From: Octopus sinensis
Lineage: Eukaryota
DNA length: 64,000 nt
NCBI RefSeq assembly: GCF_006345805.1
Contig: NC_043003.1
Location: 34,224,001 to 34,288,000 of the forward strand
Direction of reading: 5' to 3'
The notes beneath the pieces are model-generated. The model was not told the DNA's origin. It did not search any database and saw only the letters and a program-made list of their open reading frames with translations. This document shows, piece by piece, positions 1 through 16,065 of this stretch. Position 1 is the stretch's first letter. The number at the start of each line of letters is the position of its first letter. The translations under genes were made by a program, and so were the position numbers.

Positions 1-1987
1 TGAACCAAAAACCAGTACCACATTTTAAATTACGATCCATGGTCTCCAGTTTAAAACCAAATCTGATTTGCCATCTAATCTTAAATAGTTGATCCTTTGT
101 GAAATCTGACTTTTATTGTCTTTTTGGATGAGTCCCGTCTAGCAGGCTATTTTGGTACTAAAGAAGGTTCTTGTTTCTTCATTGCCGTCCACTGGAGTTC
201 ATTTCTGTCATACATGAATAACAGCATACACCCATACATTTTATGTTGACCAAATTTCGCTCGTAATACTTTAGTTAATTCAAGACCACGCTACAATATG
301 TTTACAAGGACGAAAATCAGTGTAAATCGGAAATCACGTAGTTGTAAGACAATAAGCCATTCAGTACGTACATGACTATTTTGAGAGAAAATGTTTGTGA
401 AGAATCTTTGAAATCATATAAGCTATATACCCGTGTTACAATGTATTTCTATCAGATTTATTATAGCCCTATAAGTATCGTTCCCAGATTATAATCCTAC
501 ATTATCATGAATCAACGTTGGAACCTCTAAATAGTCATGTGATCTGCAAGAAACAGCAACTAAATCTTCCTCAAATACGTCTTTAAAAATGATCCATTGC
601 ATAATGTTGTCTTAGATAAAGATAGAATGATCCATTGCATCATAATGTTGTCTTAGATAAAGATGGCTTGATAATTAGTGATGGAAGGTTATGCAAAAAC
701 AGGACAAACATAGGGTACACACCTTTAATAGTGTATCTGGGTGGGTTAGAGAACGACAGAGAGAGAGAGAGAGAGAGAAGGAGAAAGAAAGAGGGAGAGA
801 AAGAGAGAGAAATTCAGAGAGGTGGAGAGAAATATGCGCTTATATCAAATTGTTTCCAGTGCTAGATGTGCTCATAATATAGGCAGAGAATCAAAGCGAA
901 TAGAAATTTAACGAACGCAGTCCTACAACATTCTTACCATAGACCCATCTTCATCACGTTATTAGTCTTCATCCCCCCTCCCACTCTTATCACATTCTCA
1001 TTTTCACAGTTCTGTAAGCACACACTCGTTCCCAACATCCACAACGACGTAGAAATAACGGCCACATCAACAGGGCATACATGATATTACTGTTGAAGAC
1101 AGAAAAAGTACTTCGAGTCTACACACAGCTATTGTCATGGAACAACAATGTTTATAGTTACATGCCAAAAGCACTTACTGTCAACATTTAATAACCGCAC
1201 ACAGAAAACGAACAATAAAAGTGCAATTAAATGTATGCGTATAGGGGGAGTGGGCATGCAAGTACGAATACACGCGGTATGTACGTGTATATTTATACAT
1301 ACATACACCCGCCGGACATATATTATATACATAAATATATATATATATATATATATAATATATATTATATATATATATGGGTGTATATATATATATTATA
1401 TATATATATAATATATAATAATCAAGTGTATAATTATGTATACATACATACGTACATATATATATAGATATATGTATATATATATATATGTATATATTAG
1501 TATATATATATTAATATATATGTATATATATATGTATATATATATATATATATACATACGTATCCACATTGAGAGCAACATAATAAACATACACGTACAT
1601 GCTTACACACACGCGCGCAAGCACACACACAATCACAAACGTATGTTGACACGCGGATAAGGACATATATAAGGGAGAGAGAGAGAGATACAGACAGACA
1701 GAGAGAGTGAGTGAAAGAGAAACAAAGAGAAAGAGAGAGAAAAAGGAATGAGTGACACGAACAAGATAATTACTTATATAGAAACATAGATACATAAATG
1801 AATGATTAATAAAGTTACCCAAATAAGTGAAATAGCAAAATTTTGAACCCAAAGTTTCCGCCTGTCATCATTTAACGTATTCAAATGATTACAGACGTGC
1901 AAATACAGAAACGCATTTCAAAATCAGGTGATAGACGCAAAGGAATACTGAAAGGCTATTTCTATTTATACGAAATCAATATATATA

Positions 1988-2138
1988 TTTCTTTTCTGTG
2001 TATCTTTCTGTTGAAGAGCGTAGGCTCGAAACGTAAAGACTTGTTTTATTTATATTCCTGAGCGCCATACTAATACAATTGTTTGTTTGTATTCCACCTG
2101 CCTTCGTCTTTTGTTTATTTTCATAAAGCTTCCCGTTA
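1988..2138 (+). mobile_element. Short Penelope-like-element-derived repeat carrying a minimal hammerhead-like motif (copy 1)
   Basis: Near-identical to the reverse complement of 44345-44490. Contains TCTTT-CTGTTGAA-GAGC-GTAG-GCTC-GAAACGT-AAAGA at 2003-2039. Flanked by (TA)n on both sides. Confidence 0.7.
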
Positions 2139-2150
2139 TATATATATATT

Positions 2151-2552
2151 CACTCTTTTTACTCTTTTATTTTGTTTCAGTCATTTGACTGTGGCCATGC
2201 TGGAGCACCACCTTTAGTCGAGCAAATAGACCCCAGAACTTATTCTTTTTAAGCCTAGTACTTATTCTATCGGTCTATTTTGCCGAACCGCATAGTAACG
2301 GAGACGGTTATCAAGTGATGTTGGGGTGGGGGGACACACACATACACACAGACATACACACACACATATATATATATATACATATATGCGACGGGCTTCT
2401 TTCAGTTTCTGTCTACCAAATCCACTCACAAGGCTTTGGTCGGCCCGAGGCTATAGTAGAAGACAGTTGCCCAAAATTGCCACGCAGTGGGACTGAACCC
2501 GGAACCATGTGGCTGGTAAGCAAGCTAATTACCACACAGCCACTACTGCGCC
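2151..2552 (-). mobile_element. Octopus-type tRNA-derived SINE, family A (full length)
   Basis: Reverse complement reads GGCGCAG..TGGCTGTGTGGTAA..GGGTTCAGTCCC (A/B-box-like head), an internal (TA/TG) tract and a GAGTAAAA tail. Homologous to copies at 11287, 13136, 14225, 49298 and 55250. Confidence 0.9.
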
Positions 2553-2562
2553 TATTTATACG

Positions 2563-2597
<35 letters not shown>

Positions 2598-3920
2598 TAT
2601 ATACATATATATATATATATGTATATATACAGTATATATATATGTATGAGCAGTATAATATAGTAAATATATTATCTACATATATATTAAATAGATAGAC
2701 AGACAAACACACAGATTGATGGATTGTCATATAATCACATTCATGGACACAGATACAGATATGAAAAGATGCACTTATACTTATACATACATACATGCAT
2801 ACATTCATTCATACATATACACATGCATTCAAGTGTGTGTGTGCGCGTGCGCCTATGCCTATATATGCGCGCGTGCGTGAATGTGTATTGGTAAACTGGA
2901 TTCGTACATTATATCTAAATATGCCATGACGTTGAAGGTAGTTAGCAATACCCATCGGTAAGTCCGAGCTATTTTCGGGTTCATTGATGAGCATGGTTGA
3001 CTAAAGAATTTCGTGATAATACAAGAAATATATTCCAACCGAATTCTATCTCATCAAGCATGGATTTCTGTTTATAACATCTTCTCCGAGAAATGCTAGA
3101 ACTCCGTCCCAATCTATGGTGTTTAGAGAAGCATTAGATACTCTTGGTAAATAAGCCCTGTTGCGATTCCTGGAGAAATATTGTTTGTAAAATATTTATA
3201 ACTATGGCAGCATTGCAACACTGAAATGATTGCAAATGTGAAATAAAATGCAGATGCATTTGCTGTTTAAACAGTTTAAACATAGATGTTTATTGGCACT
3301 TCTGCAGTTTTCCATCTTTCTCGCAGCAAAACTGGAGGAGGTCTTCTGTAGCCTCAGGAACAGTAAACGTCACTCATCTGAAAGAGAGGAGCTACTGTAT
3401 GCGGTTGTGTCTTATACTACAAAGCATTAATGTCTTACGCAACAAGGCAAATACGTAGGCCCCCATCGCGTATCTCAAACAACGCTAAGACGCATTTGAA
3501 GAAAACCTTCTGTTTATCCTCAAAACGAAAAAGAAAAGAAACCTATATTGATAGTTGCTACTTCCATTGCTTTCCTGAGTTTTAAAAAGGATATTGCCCA
3601 AAACTGTGTATCTGTAATACATGTGAATAGATAAATAATCGTGTATAGTCTGAGTAAAATAGAGGATTGCTTTGTCGGCACCCCAAAAACAAGAAATAAA
3701 TAAATAACTCGAGAGAGAGAGATTAGCGACGGGTATTCTGTATATAGAGTACACTTCGTTGTGCTCAAGAGATTTGAACTTGAGCAGGTAGAGGAGTAAA
3801 TATAAGGACAAGCAAGGTAGGCAAGTCGATATACAAAGAATATGAAATGTATTTAATACAAAAAATGTAAATGATATCACAAATTAAGGGAGTTGAGTAT
3901 CATCTATCTATCTCTCCTCT

Positions 3921-3953
<33 letters not shown>

Positions 3954-3955
3954 TA

Positions 3956-3999
<44 letters not shown>

Positions 4000-4173
4000 G
4001 TTCTATGTAAGATAAAGCAGCAACTGAGACTACATATTGGATTGTAATAATGGAATACGCAGAGATGTACTTCAAGAGGAAAAACCTGGGATTTAACCTA
4101 GATACCTGCACTGTGTGTACACACGCATATGAATTGTGTGTGTGTATGTATGTGTGTGTGTTTGTGTGTGTGC

Positions 4174-4208
<35 letters not shown>

Positions 4209-4923
4209 TATGTAAGTATGTACTCAAAGAGATGAAGGTGAACAGGTCACAATGCGGAAAAGCAGCGCAGAGAAATTTCGTAAGACGTCAGATGGTTAAG
4301 AAATGATTAACCAGAGGAAGAACGGTAAAAAGGAATGAGTATGAATAAAGATCAGTTTGAGAGTAAAGATATTTGTAAAATATATTCTTTACTGTTGCTA
4401 AAGAAGAGTTCCATTCCAGTACGTAGCTAGGAGTGAGAGTTTGTTTGCCTGTTTATATCTAGAGTTTTGCAGTTCTATCTGTAAGTGTGTAATCGAAATG
4501 CGCATGTGTCAAACAAGCTGTGGTTCTACTTAGATGAGTTGCATGTGGTATGCTATGTGCGTATGTGCATGTCTATGTGTGTGTATGTCTGTGTGTCTGT
4601 GTGTGTCTGTGTGTGTCTGGTGTGTGTGTGAGTGAACACATACAATCACATATATGCATGTGCATATTGCGCTTACATATGTGCATATAAAACATGCATG
4701 CAGGTACGAATGTGCAATTCCGAATGACTGCAATTATGCACACACATACATACATACATATATAATATATATATATATATAATATATATGCATACACAAC
4801 ACACATATATATATATACATACGCATATATATATATATACATACATATATATATATGTGTATATATATATATATAATATATATATACATATATATATGTA
4901 TATATATATATATATATATATAG

Positions 4924-4962
<39 letters not shown>

Positions 4963-6033
4963 ATATATATCTGTATATATATATATATATATATAATATA
5001 TATACATATATACGTATATACATATACGCATGCGTATATGCGTGAGAAAGTTATGGCGTAAGATGATTGGTTAACATTAGTTGATGGAGAGTAAGGACAT
5101 GCATTCGCTTCACGATGTGCATAGGCGTGTGTGAAAACATGTAGCTATGCAGACACACTGATTCGTATTTGGATAATTATATGGGTATGCATGTGTGCAT
5201 CTGCGCATGTGTGCGTATGTGCATATGTATTAGTACATTTGTGTTCATGTAGAATTTTATATATGATTATGCATGTGTGGGGGGTTGGGGTGGGGGAGGA
5301 GGGAGGATGATAGCGGTGAGTGGAAGAAATGAGTTTTCTTCCAACTCCCTTCTTTCTTCTATAGAGCAAAAGCAAAGAAAATGTTGAATAATATAAATAA
5401 ATAAATAAAAAAAAGCATGGATAATCTAAAATTGCATAAACAACAATAATTAGTGACGACTCAGTAAGGATGATGATGATGATGATGATGACGATGATGA
5501 TGATGATGAAATAAATATGCTAAATAAATAAATAAATAAATAAATAAATGAATAAATGAATAAATAAATAAATGAAACTGCAAATTTAAGAGATGGAGAG
5601 TAAGGAGAAGGGGTGAGATTAAGATGAAACGTGTAAGGTGGTTGGTGGTTCGTTGCATGGTGGTTTTGTTAGGGAAGTGGGCACGGCTGGAAGAAATGGA
5701 GTAGTGAGTGTTTATGAAATAGAAAGTATGGAAGGTAACGTAGGAGAGTCGGAGAGTCAGAGACACAGGAAGAAACGAGGAGAAAGAAAGACAGAGAAAG
5801 ACAGAGGAAGAGAGAGCGAGATGGAGTGAAAGAGAGAGAAAGTGTTTGTGGTTTAGAGTTAGAGACGTAGAACCAGGATGGCGAATGGTGAATGGTGAAG
5901 TGGTGGTGGATTTGATGGGAACTGAAAATTGTAGAAGACGTCTTAAGATATGTGCTGGAAGGTTTTATGTTGGCGGTTGGCAGGTCTACTTGTACAGCAC
6001 AAGCAAATTATATTACAATAAGGGGGTGCGTGT

Positions 6034-6072
<39 letters not shown>

Positions 6073-6330
6073 AGAAAGAAAGAAGAGGGGAGGAAAGCGG
6101 TGATGGAAGGTAACTTGGTTGGTTGGTTAGTTTGGCTGGTCGGACGGTTGGTCGGTCGGACGGTTACTCGGCTGGTTTGTTAGTCGAAGATAGATGTAGG
6201 GTTGGTCTTAGGTAGAGAAAATGGTTTATTGTTGGAGGACATGAAGAAGAAGAGAAATATAAAAACAAACGTGTATATCTGTGTGAGGTTGGGGGTGGGT
6301 AGCGACGGTTTGGTACGAGGGTGAACAGAA

Positions 6331-6408
<78 letters not shown>

Positions 6409-6458
6409 CGATCGATAGATAGATAGATAGATATATAGATAGATAGATAGATAGATAT

Positions 6459-6490
<32 letters not shown>
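6331..6490. repeat. (AGAT)n/(AGAC)n microsatellite
   Basis: Directly visible tandem tetranucleotide. Similar tracts at 8817-8965, 16006-16318 and 28535-28812. Confidence 0.95.
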
Positions 6491-6491
<1 letters not shown>

Positions 6492-7059
6492 ACACCTGAG
6501 AAATGAAGAAGAAAGCAAATGAAAAAGAGGGACAGAAACACAGACAATCACAGACGTCTGAAATCTACGCTGACGTCCGGATGGTTACAATACGAGACAT
6601 CTATATATCTATCTATCTATCTATCTATGTGCGCATATTTGTTCATATATATATATATATATACACATATATATATATATACATACATATATACATACAT
6701 ATAAATATATATACATATATATACACACACATATGTATACATACACACACACACACACATATATACACACACACATACATACTGATATATGTAGACACAC
6801 TTCACACAAACATAAAACTTTGTTCGGGTGAACGTGCATGTGTGTTTGTGTGTGTGAGTCTTTATGTTTTGTGAATATTTCCTTCTTCACTATGGCTTTC
6901 ACAAAAGAGTGACATAAGGAGAGAATGGGAATAGAAGGACCTGTCATTTCCCTTTTATTTTATTCTTGATCTGTCCTTTCTACTTTCATTTTAGAAAAAT
7001 ACGTACATACACGTAAAGACACACACACACACATGTATACAAAAATACATACATTTATT

Positions 7060-7121
<62 letters not shown>

Positions 7122-7248
7122 CGTATAATTTAAAACATTTGAGAAAGAGAAAAGGAAGCGAAAAGATTGCTGAGGTGGAGGTTCTTATTAAAGAAGGTAA
7201 AAAAGAGTCAAAGAGAAATATATGATAACGCGAAAGAGAGAAGCACAG

Positions 7249-7300
<52 letters not shown>

Positions 7301-7893
7301 GGAGAAGATAGAGAAAGAGAGAGAGACAGAAAAGCAGTGGGAAGAAAAAGAGTGACACGTGGTTGGATTCATACATGAAAAAAGCTCTGGTATACATATA
7401 TATATATATATATATATATAGAATATATAATATATATATATATATTATGTATATATATATATATATTATATATATATATATATATAGTATAATAATGTAT
7501 GTATATATGTCCTATATTTATATGTGTATATCTGTTTAGGCATATATATATGCATTTACACACATACACACACAGACAGACACATATATATATATACTCA
7601 TACACACATTTCTATGTATACAGGTGAAATATTTGTATATCTAAATGGGTGTGTGTGTTTTTTTGTGTGTGTGTGTTTATACTTTCTGTAACAGTGAATA
7701 TGTCCATGTGTGTGTGTGTGTGTGTGCTGTGTGCGCGCGCGTATCGCATAAAAGAGATGGGATAATAAGAAAGAATGAAATGAGACAAAAGAATGATAGA
7801 GGAACATATAAGCCATTTTGAGAAAAATCCAAGAAGCAGTGAGTTTAAAACAGGTAGGTGGGTGGGTAGATACGTAGGTAGAGAGGCAGAGTA

Positions 7894-7924
<31 letters not shown>

Positions 7925-8030
7925 AGAGAGAAAGAGAGAAGGAAAGAGTGGTAGAGAGAGGGCTAGGGAGAGGGGAACAGGCACACAGAGATGGAGATGA
8001 TCAGCTTCACTTGTAAGCGAGAGATCTTAT

Positions 8031-8067
<37 letters not shown>

Positions 8068-8175
8068 TACATTATACATATATGCATAATGCTTGTGTAT
8101 ATATAGTTAAGTATATATATGTATATACATATATATATATGTATATATATATTATATATATTATATATATATGTA

Positions 8176-8210
<35 letters not shown>

Positions 8211-8816
8211 TATATATGTATATATATATGTATATATATGTATATATATATATATATATATCATATATATATATAATACCACACCACACTCATATGTATA
8301 TATGGTATATAATTTTTAAAGATATATATGCATGTATAAACATAGAGAGAGAGGGTGAGAGAGTAAGAGAGAGAGAGAGAAAGAGAGGGGGAGAGAATTA
8401 ATAATTCTGTAAGAGCATGGTGTAAAAGAAATAAGCAGAAACAAACAAACAAACTAACAAACATACAAACGAATAAAAAAATAAATTTTTGAAATTGAAT
8501 AAAAAGTATATAAAAATAAACTATATAAAAATAATGGATATAACTCAATGAAATAAAATAAATGAAATAAAATATATAAATAAATTACAAATGCAATAAA
8601 ATAAATACAAGGAAAATATAATTTTAAAAATTTATAAATATATAAATAAATATAAAAATATAATGTAGACTAATTACTCCACCCTTGAATGCCTCTCTCA
8701 TAATTATCGTGTACTACAGCTTCTTATGACTCTATCATCATTCTCATGATTTTGCTTAGAATCTCTGTCTCTCTTTCTATTCCTCTCTTTATTCACATAT
8801 GAAAAATCACACCCTC

Positions 8817-8893
<77 letters not shown>

Positions 8894-9737
8894 TTATCTA
8901 TCTATCTATCAATCTACTATTTATCAATCTATTTATTTATCTATCTATCTATCTGTCTGTCTGTCTGTTTATCTTTATTTGTTTCTTCTCTCTCTCTCTC
9001 TCTCTCTCTGTTTTCATTTCTATCTCTCTGTTTCCATCTCTTTCTCTCCCTCCCTCTCTCCCCCCTCTCCCCCCCCCCTCTCTCTCTCTTTCTCTTCTGC
9101 ATCCTTAATTCTCGCACTGCTTCTTTAGCTTTTGCTTCTTTCTCTCTCTCTCTCCTCTCTCTCTCTCTCCTCTGTCCTTCCCCACCTCTCTCTCTCCCTC
9201 TCCCTCCCCACCTCTCTCTCTATCTTTCTCTTATACACCGCAAACCACCAACACCATCCTCGGCAACCACCTACCATCACGACCATCACCATCACCTCTC
9301 TACCACAAGCACCACCACCAGCACCACCACCACCATGGAGTACACCACCACCATTGGCATCTCAATCATCGCCGCCGCCGCCACCACCATCACCACCACA
9401 ACCACAAGAACAACCACCACCACCATCACTAGAGTCTTTAATGTACTTAATCTTCTATCTGCAACCACCACCAACTTAATTTCTACTCATCTAGTTCATT
9501 CCTGATTTTCGCTGATTCACTTATATTTCAAATTCCAACGGTGATTAACAACGAAAGAGAATTGAAAGTGAGAGAGTGAAAGCGAGCGAGAGAGAGAGAG
9601 GTGGTAGGGGGAAAAGTGCGTGTATGAATAGAGAGAGGGGGAGAAACAAGAGAAAGGGAGAAGGAGAGGAGAGAGAGAGAGAGAGAGGAGCTAATAATAT
9701 AGATGGATGTGAGAAGGAGTGTGAAAGAGAATTATAA

Positions 9738-9798
<61 letters not shown>

Positions 9799-10274
9799 GA
9801 GGAAAGAGTTTAGAAGAAAGAGAGAAAGGCAAATAATGAATGGAAAACGTGATGATGCCAGGTATGCAGACAGATAATAAGAAAGAGGGGGCAGAATGAA
9901 AAAGGGAAAGAAAGAAGCAAAGGGAAGAAGGAAGGAAATTTACAAAGAAGGAAGTGGTGAAGATATAAACAAGAAGCTAAAGCTGGAAAGACAAAAAACA
10001 AAACAAAAAAAACAAAAAACAAAAAAATGAAACGAAATTATAGAAAAGGCGCATCAAAATAGCCAACACGATGGAAAACGACGTCGTCGTCGTCATCGTC
10101 ATCGTCGTCGTTGTCATCATCAACATCATCATCATCATCATTATTGACTGTCATTCATCACCATCATCATCATCGAAACCAACATCATCATCATCATCAC
10201 CACAACCATCATCGTACAATCATTATTGGTTTTGGCAATTCATAATCAGCATCATGAACAACAACTAAACCAAG

Positions 10275-10280
10275 AATAAC

Positions 10281-10335
<55 letters not shown>

Positions 10336-10463
10336 TATAATATAATAATAATAATAATAATAATCATAATGATAATAATAATAATGATAATAATATAATA
10401 ATAATAATAATAATAATAATATAATATAATAATAATGATAAAATAATAATGATAATAATAATA

Positions 10464-10508
<45 letters not shown>

Positions 10509-10580
10509 TAATCAACATCATCATCATCATCATCACCACCATTACCAATACCCCTACCAACAACAACAACAACAACAATT
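10275..10580. repeat. Compound (AAT)n/(CAT)n/(CAA)n trinucleotide microsatellite
   Basis: Directly visible. Confidence 0.95.
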
Positions 10581-11206
10581 AATTTCCGAAGAATTAAAAT
10601 GGCGTCCTTTGTAGAGTGTAGCGGAAAGGAAACAAGACGAAATGCAGTGATGTTATTGGCGAGCTGGTCACAGAGGAATGAAGGGGATTTCTGCTGCTTC
10701 CTTTTATTTATTTATTTATTATTGTTTTTTCTTTTTTTTTTGGTTTTGTTTTATTCTTGTTCGAAGATAAGCAACAATAACAAGAAGGAGATGGAACTAG
10801 AGAACCGTGTCGACAATAATACACTGTCGGTTTGTAATACCCACAGAGCAGAGGAAATATTAGAGATTCAGTGAACCACAGGGTGCGTTTCTCACTGACA
10901 AAGGTATGAAGACTTGAGACAAACTGGTTGATGGTTTAAATGAGAGGGGAAGTGTATTGGGTATATATATATATATTCTTTTACTTATTTCATTCATTAG
11001 ACAGCGGCCACGCTGTGGCACAGCTTTGAAGAATTTTAGTCCATAATACGAGGATCTCACATGGCTATATATATATATAATATAATATATATATATATTA
11101 TATATATATATATATACTATATATATATATATATATATAATATAATATATACTATAAATATATATATATCATATATATATAATATATATAATATATATAT
11201 ATACAT

Positions 11207-11259
<53 letters not shown>

Positions 11260-11286
11260 CACACTATATATATATATATATAACAC

Positions 11287-11764
<478 letters not shown>

Positions 11765-12874
11765 CGCGCGCGCACACACACACACACACGCACATACACA
11801 CACTCACACACACTAATCATGAGCTTACAACTACATATCGATGCTGCTGTCAAAATAAGTAAAACATTGAAAACATTTTGCCTAAAATAGGATTCATATT
11901 TGCAATGGTATCCATGCCTGCACTCATGTGTGCATGATCAAACAAACACACACACAAACACTCATATATATATATACATGTACATGCATAGACACACATT
12001 TGTGCATACATCCATACATACATAGACACGTACATTTATATATACATAAATACATACAAGCACACATGCCTACACACACACACAGAAACACTCATACATG
12101 TATATACATGTACATACATAAACAAACACATTCGTGCATATATGCATGTAAACACTCATACACATATATTCATATATACATACATATATACATACGCACA
12201 TACGTACATAAATTCATACATGAATGCATGCATGCATCCATCGGTCCATCCATCCATCCATCCATCCATACATACATACATACATACATACATACATACA
12301 TACATACATGCAAACACACACACATACATACATACATACATAAATGCATACATACATACATACATACATACATACATACATACGTATCATACATACATGT
12401 CTATGCGACTATGTTAGGAGAATGCCTATAAAATTATAGAACAAATATGGTGAGATTTATATAGCATACTTGGAAACACTGAAAGACCATTTCTAGTTAT
12501 GATCTTAAACACTTCTCTTAACGTGCAATCAAATTATACTCAGATATGTTATATACAAATAACTTTTAAAAGAGCCGAAATATATATCAGATAAGATATT
12601 CAATATAAATTACGCCAGCTTTTATTACTTCAATTAAAATAACTAAATGACCTGAGATCAATTGAATATTCTAAACATAATACACGCCGTGTTGTTGAAT
12701 AGATAAGAAGCTCTGTTTTCGTTGAAATAGTTTTATGATGGGTAACGTTAAGATCGACAGCAAGCAGTGTAACTTAATATAGAGCGAAAATATTATTTAT
12801 CAGGATTCAATGTAAATGTAGACAAATAAAAGTTCAAATAAGAAATATCCCAAAATGCATTTTATACACACACA

Positions 12875-13062
12875 AGTCCTTCCCGAGCCATAAGCTTATA
12901 AAGCCGGTTTCTCAGATATTGGGACGTACACATTTACGTGGTCTGTCGCTGGATTACTCATTTTTGCCAGCTGAGTAGACTGGAGTAATGTGCTTTGCTC
13001 AAGAACAGAACGTATCTCACGGTCCAGGAATCATGAGTGCAACCTTCAAAACACTATGCCAT
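12875..13062 (-). mobile_element. Degenerate SINE related to family D/C (duplicated at ~13935-14130)
   Basis: TTGCCAGCTGAGTAGACTGGAG..TGCTCAAGAACA is the reverse complement of the body seen at 34260-34320. The tail resembles the V-type tail at 51683-51740. Confidence 0.65.
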
Positions 13063-13135
13063 GCGATTCTCTCTCTCTCTCTCTCCCTACGGTCCAGGAA
13101 TCATGATTCCTCAGAAACCGGCTTTATGAGCTTAT

Positions 13136-13421
13136 GGCTTACCAACTATATGGTTCCGGGTTCATTCCCACGGCGTGGCACCTTGGGCAAGTGTCTTCTA
13201 CTATAGCCTCGGGCTGACCAAAACCTTGTGAGTGGCTTTGATAGACAGAAACTGGAAAAAGCCCGTCGTATATATGTATATATATGGATGTGCGTGTATA
13301 TGTTTGTGTGTGTTTCTCCCCCTAACATCGCTTGACAACAGATGGTGGTGCTTTACGTCCCCGTAACGTAGTGGCTCGGGTAAAAGAGCCCGATAGAATA
13401 AGTACTAGACTTACAAGAATA
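13136..13421 (+). mobile_element. SINE family A, 5'-truncated, cut by the gap
   Basis: GCTTACCAAC..GGTTCCGGGTTCATTCCCAC..GGCACCTTGGGCAAGTGTCTTCTACTATAGCC. Confidence 0.9.
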
Positions 13422-14224
13422 NNNNNNNNNNNNNNNNNNNNNNNNNNNNNNNNNNNNNNNNNNNNNNNNNNNNNNNNNNNNNNNNNNNNNNNNNNNNNNN
13501 NNNNNNNNNNNNNNNNNNNNNTATATAGCATACTTGGAACACTGAAAGACATTTCTAGTTTTGATCTTAAACACTCTCTTAACGTGCAATCAAATTATAC
13601 TCAGATATGTTATATACAAATAACTTTTAAAAGAGCCGAAATATATATCAGATAAGATATTCAATATAAATTACGCCAGCTTTTATTACTTCAATTAAAA
13701 TAACTAAATGACCTGAGATCAATTGAATATTCTAAAACATAATACACGCCGTGTTGTTGAATAATAAGAAGCTCTGTTTTTCGTTGAAATAGTTTTATGA
13801 TGGGTAACGTAAGATCGACAGCAAGCAGTGTAACTTAATATAGAGCGAAAATATATTTATCAGGATTCAATGTAAATGTAGACAAATAAAAGTTCAAATA
13901 AGAAATATCCCCAAATTTATTTTATACACACACAAGTCCTTCCCGAGCCATAAGCTTATAAAGCCGGTTTCTCAGATATTGGGACGTACACATTTACCCC
14001 TAGGTGGTCTGTCGCTGGATTACTCATTTTGCCAGCTGAGTAGACTGGAGCAATGTGCTTTGCTCAAGAACAGAACGTATCTTCCGGTCCAGGAATCATG
14101 AGTGCAACCTTCAAAACACTATGCCATGCGACTCTCTCTCTCTCTATTCTCTCTCTCTCTCTCTCTCTCTCTCCCTACGGTCCAGGAATCATGATTCCTC
14201 AGAAACCGGCTTTATGAAACTTAT

Positions 14225-14600
14225 GGCTTACCAACCATATGGTTCCGGGTTCATTCCCACGGCGTGGTGGCACCTTGGGCAAGTGTCTTCTACTATAGCC
14301 TCGGGCTGACCAAAACCTTGTGAGTGGCTTTGATAGACAGAAACTGGAAAAAAGCCCTTCGTATATATGTATATATGGATGTGCGCGTGTATATGTTTGT
14401 GTGTGTTTCTCCCCCTAACATCGCTTGACAACAGATGGTGGTGCTTTACGTCCCCGTAACGTAGTGGCTCGGGTAAAAGAGCCCGATAGAATAAGTACTA
14501 GACTTACAAAGAATAAGCCCTGGGGTCGATTTGCTCGACTAAAAGCGGTGCTCCAGCATGGCCACAGTCAAATGACTGAAACGCTTTAAAGAGTAAAGAG
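14225..14600 (+). mobile_element. SINE family A, 5'-truncated (duplicate of 13136-13421, with its 3' end)
   Basis: Same body, ending GCTCCAGCATGGCCACAGTCAAATGACTGAAAC..AAAGAGTAAAGAG. Confidence 0.9.
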
Positions 14601-14704
14601 GAAAAACTTTACTTGACATAGGTACGGGTGCTCGTATGTTTCTTTCTCTCTCTCTCTCACTTTGTATGTATGTATGTATGTATGTATTTATGTTAATATA
14701 TCAG

Positions 14705-14737
<33 letters not shown>

Positions 14738-16004
14738 CACACCACATATCATATATATATATATACATATATATTAATACACCCACACACACACACATAT
14801 ATATATTATTAATTCTGGAAAGCTTTGTTTTCAGAACCAAGCATCTAATTGATGATGAGTTTTTTCTTATTTCTGAAAAGTTTTTGTGTAAAACTACTAA
14901 AATATGTATAACTTGCTTGCTTGCTTGTTTGTTTGTTTGTTTGTTTGCACGCGCGTGTGTGTTTGGCGACAGATGGTTGTGTCTATGGGTTATACACATA
15001 CAATTACATTTGGATAGTGGTGTAAAAGTGAAAGCTTGTATGTGCCTCTGTTTCCCATACATAGATACAAAATGTCTTTTACATGTTAACAACTATTCTT
15101 TTGTTTCAAAGTCTTGAAACATCCTCTACAGAAATGCGTCTATGCGTATGTATGTGCATGCTCAGCGAGTACATAAAGAAAAGCATTGCACGGAATAGTT
15201 CAGCCGTGGTGTATCATATTACTTCTAGTGTGTGCATCTGTCTAGATCAGATCGTTTCTCCCAGACACTGATGACAAATCAGAAATCTAACTGAGATTCT
15301 GTGACATGACACCTCGTTTACATAATTCCTATACAGATAAGCAGGATCAAACCCGTTGGCTACTTGAGCTACGTTCATACTTCGTTTTCCAACTGTAATC
15401 TCAGATAACGATTGTTGTTCACATGCTCCTCTCTCTCTCTCTATCCACCCGTCCACAACCTCATCCCAGCATCACAAGTATTCGCTCTTCTTTCACTTTC
15501 ACTTTCACTTCTTACTGTTTCTCACCTGAACTTAAGTATAGGATTTTTTCCAAATACACATGCACAATCCACAAACTCACACGCGCTCACAGATTCACAC
15601 ACACACGCGCTCACAGATTCACACACACACGCACACACACACACAAACATACACATATACACACACGCGCACGCACACACACACACACACACACAAACAT
15701 ACACACACACGCGCACGCACACACGCACATACGTACCACAAACTGGTACACACATACATACATACGTATTCATCGATTAACGGTTGCCTAGATAGTAAAT
15801 AGTCACGCATACGCACACGTGCATTAACACATATGCACACACAGACACACACACCCATGCGCGCTCGCACACATATGCACGCACACACACACACACACAC
15901 ATACACACATACATATTCTAACAGAGCGAAAGAAAACTAGATAATCAGACAGGCGGACAGACTGACAGATAAATATATATATATATAATATATTATATAT
16001 ATAT

Positions 16005-16065
<61 letters not shown>

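Larger units (their letters stand above)
12458..14510. other. ~1 kb direct duplication (12458-13421 vs 13522-14510) flanking a 100-N assembly gap (13422-13521)
   Basis: Sequence after the gap restarts at TATATAGCATACTTGGAA and repeats the pre-gap sequence with scattered small indels. Confidence 0.95.

Noticed and set aside
100-160. VFLDESR peptide reminiscent of a Tc1/mariner DDE motif
   Set aside because: Too short, with no other transposase motifs or TIRs recognisable.
938-1012. Minus-strand segment bounded by TTACAG and GTAAGA
   Set aside because: Stops in all three frames and a weak acceptor context.
9240-9480. Proline-rich ORF resembling extensin or formin
   Set aside because: Degenerate (ACC)n repeat with no convincing splice sites or domain.
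12458-14510. Apparent 1-kb segmental duplication
   Set aside because: It sits exactly across a 100-N gap and differs mostly by small indels, so it is most likely an unmerged contig or haplotype overlap.
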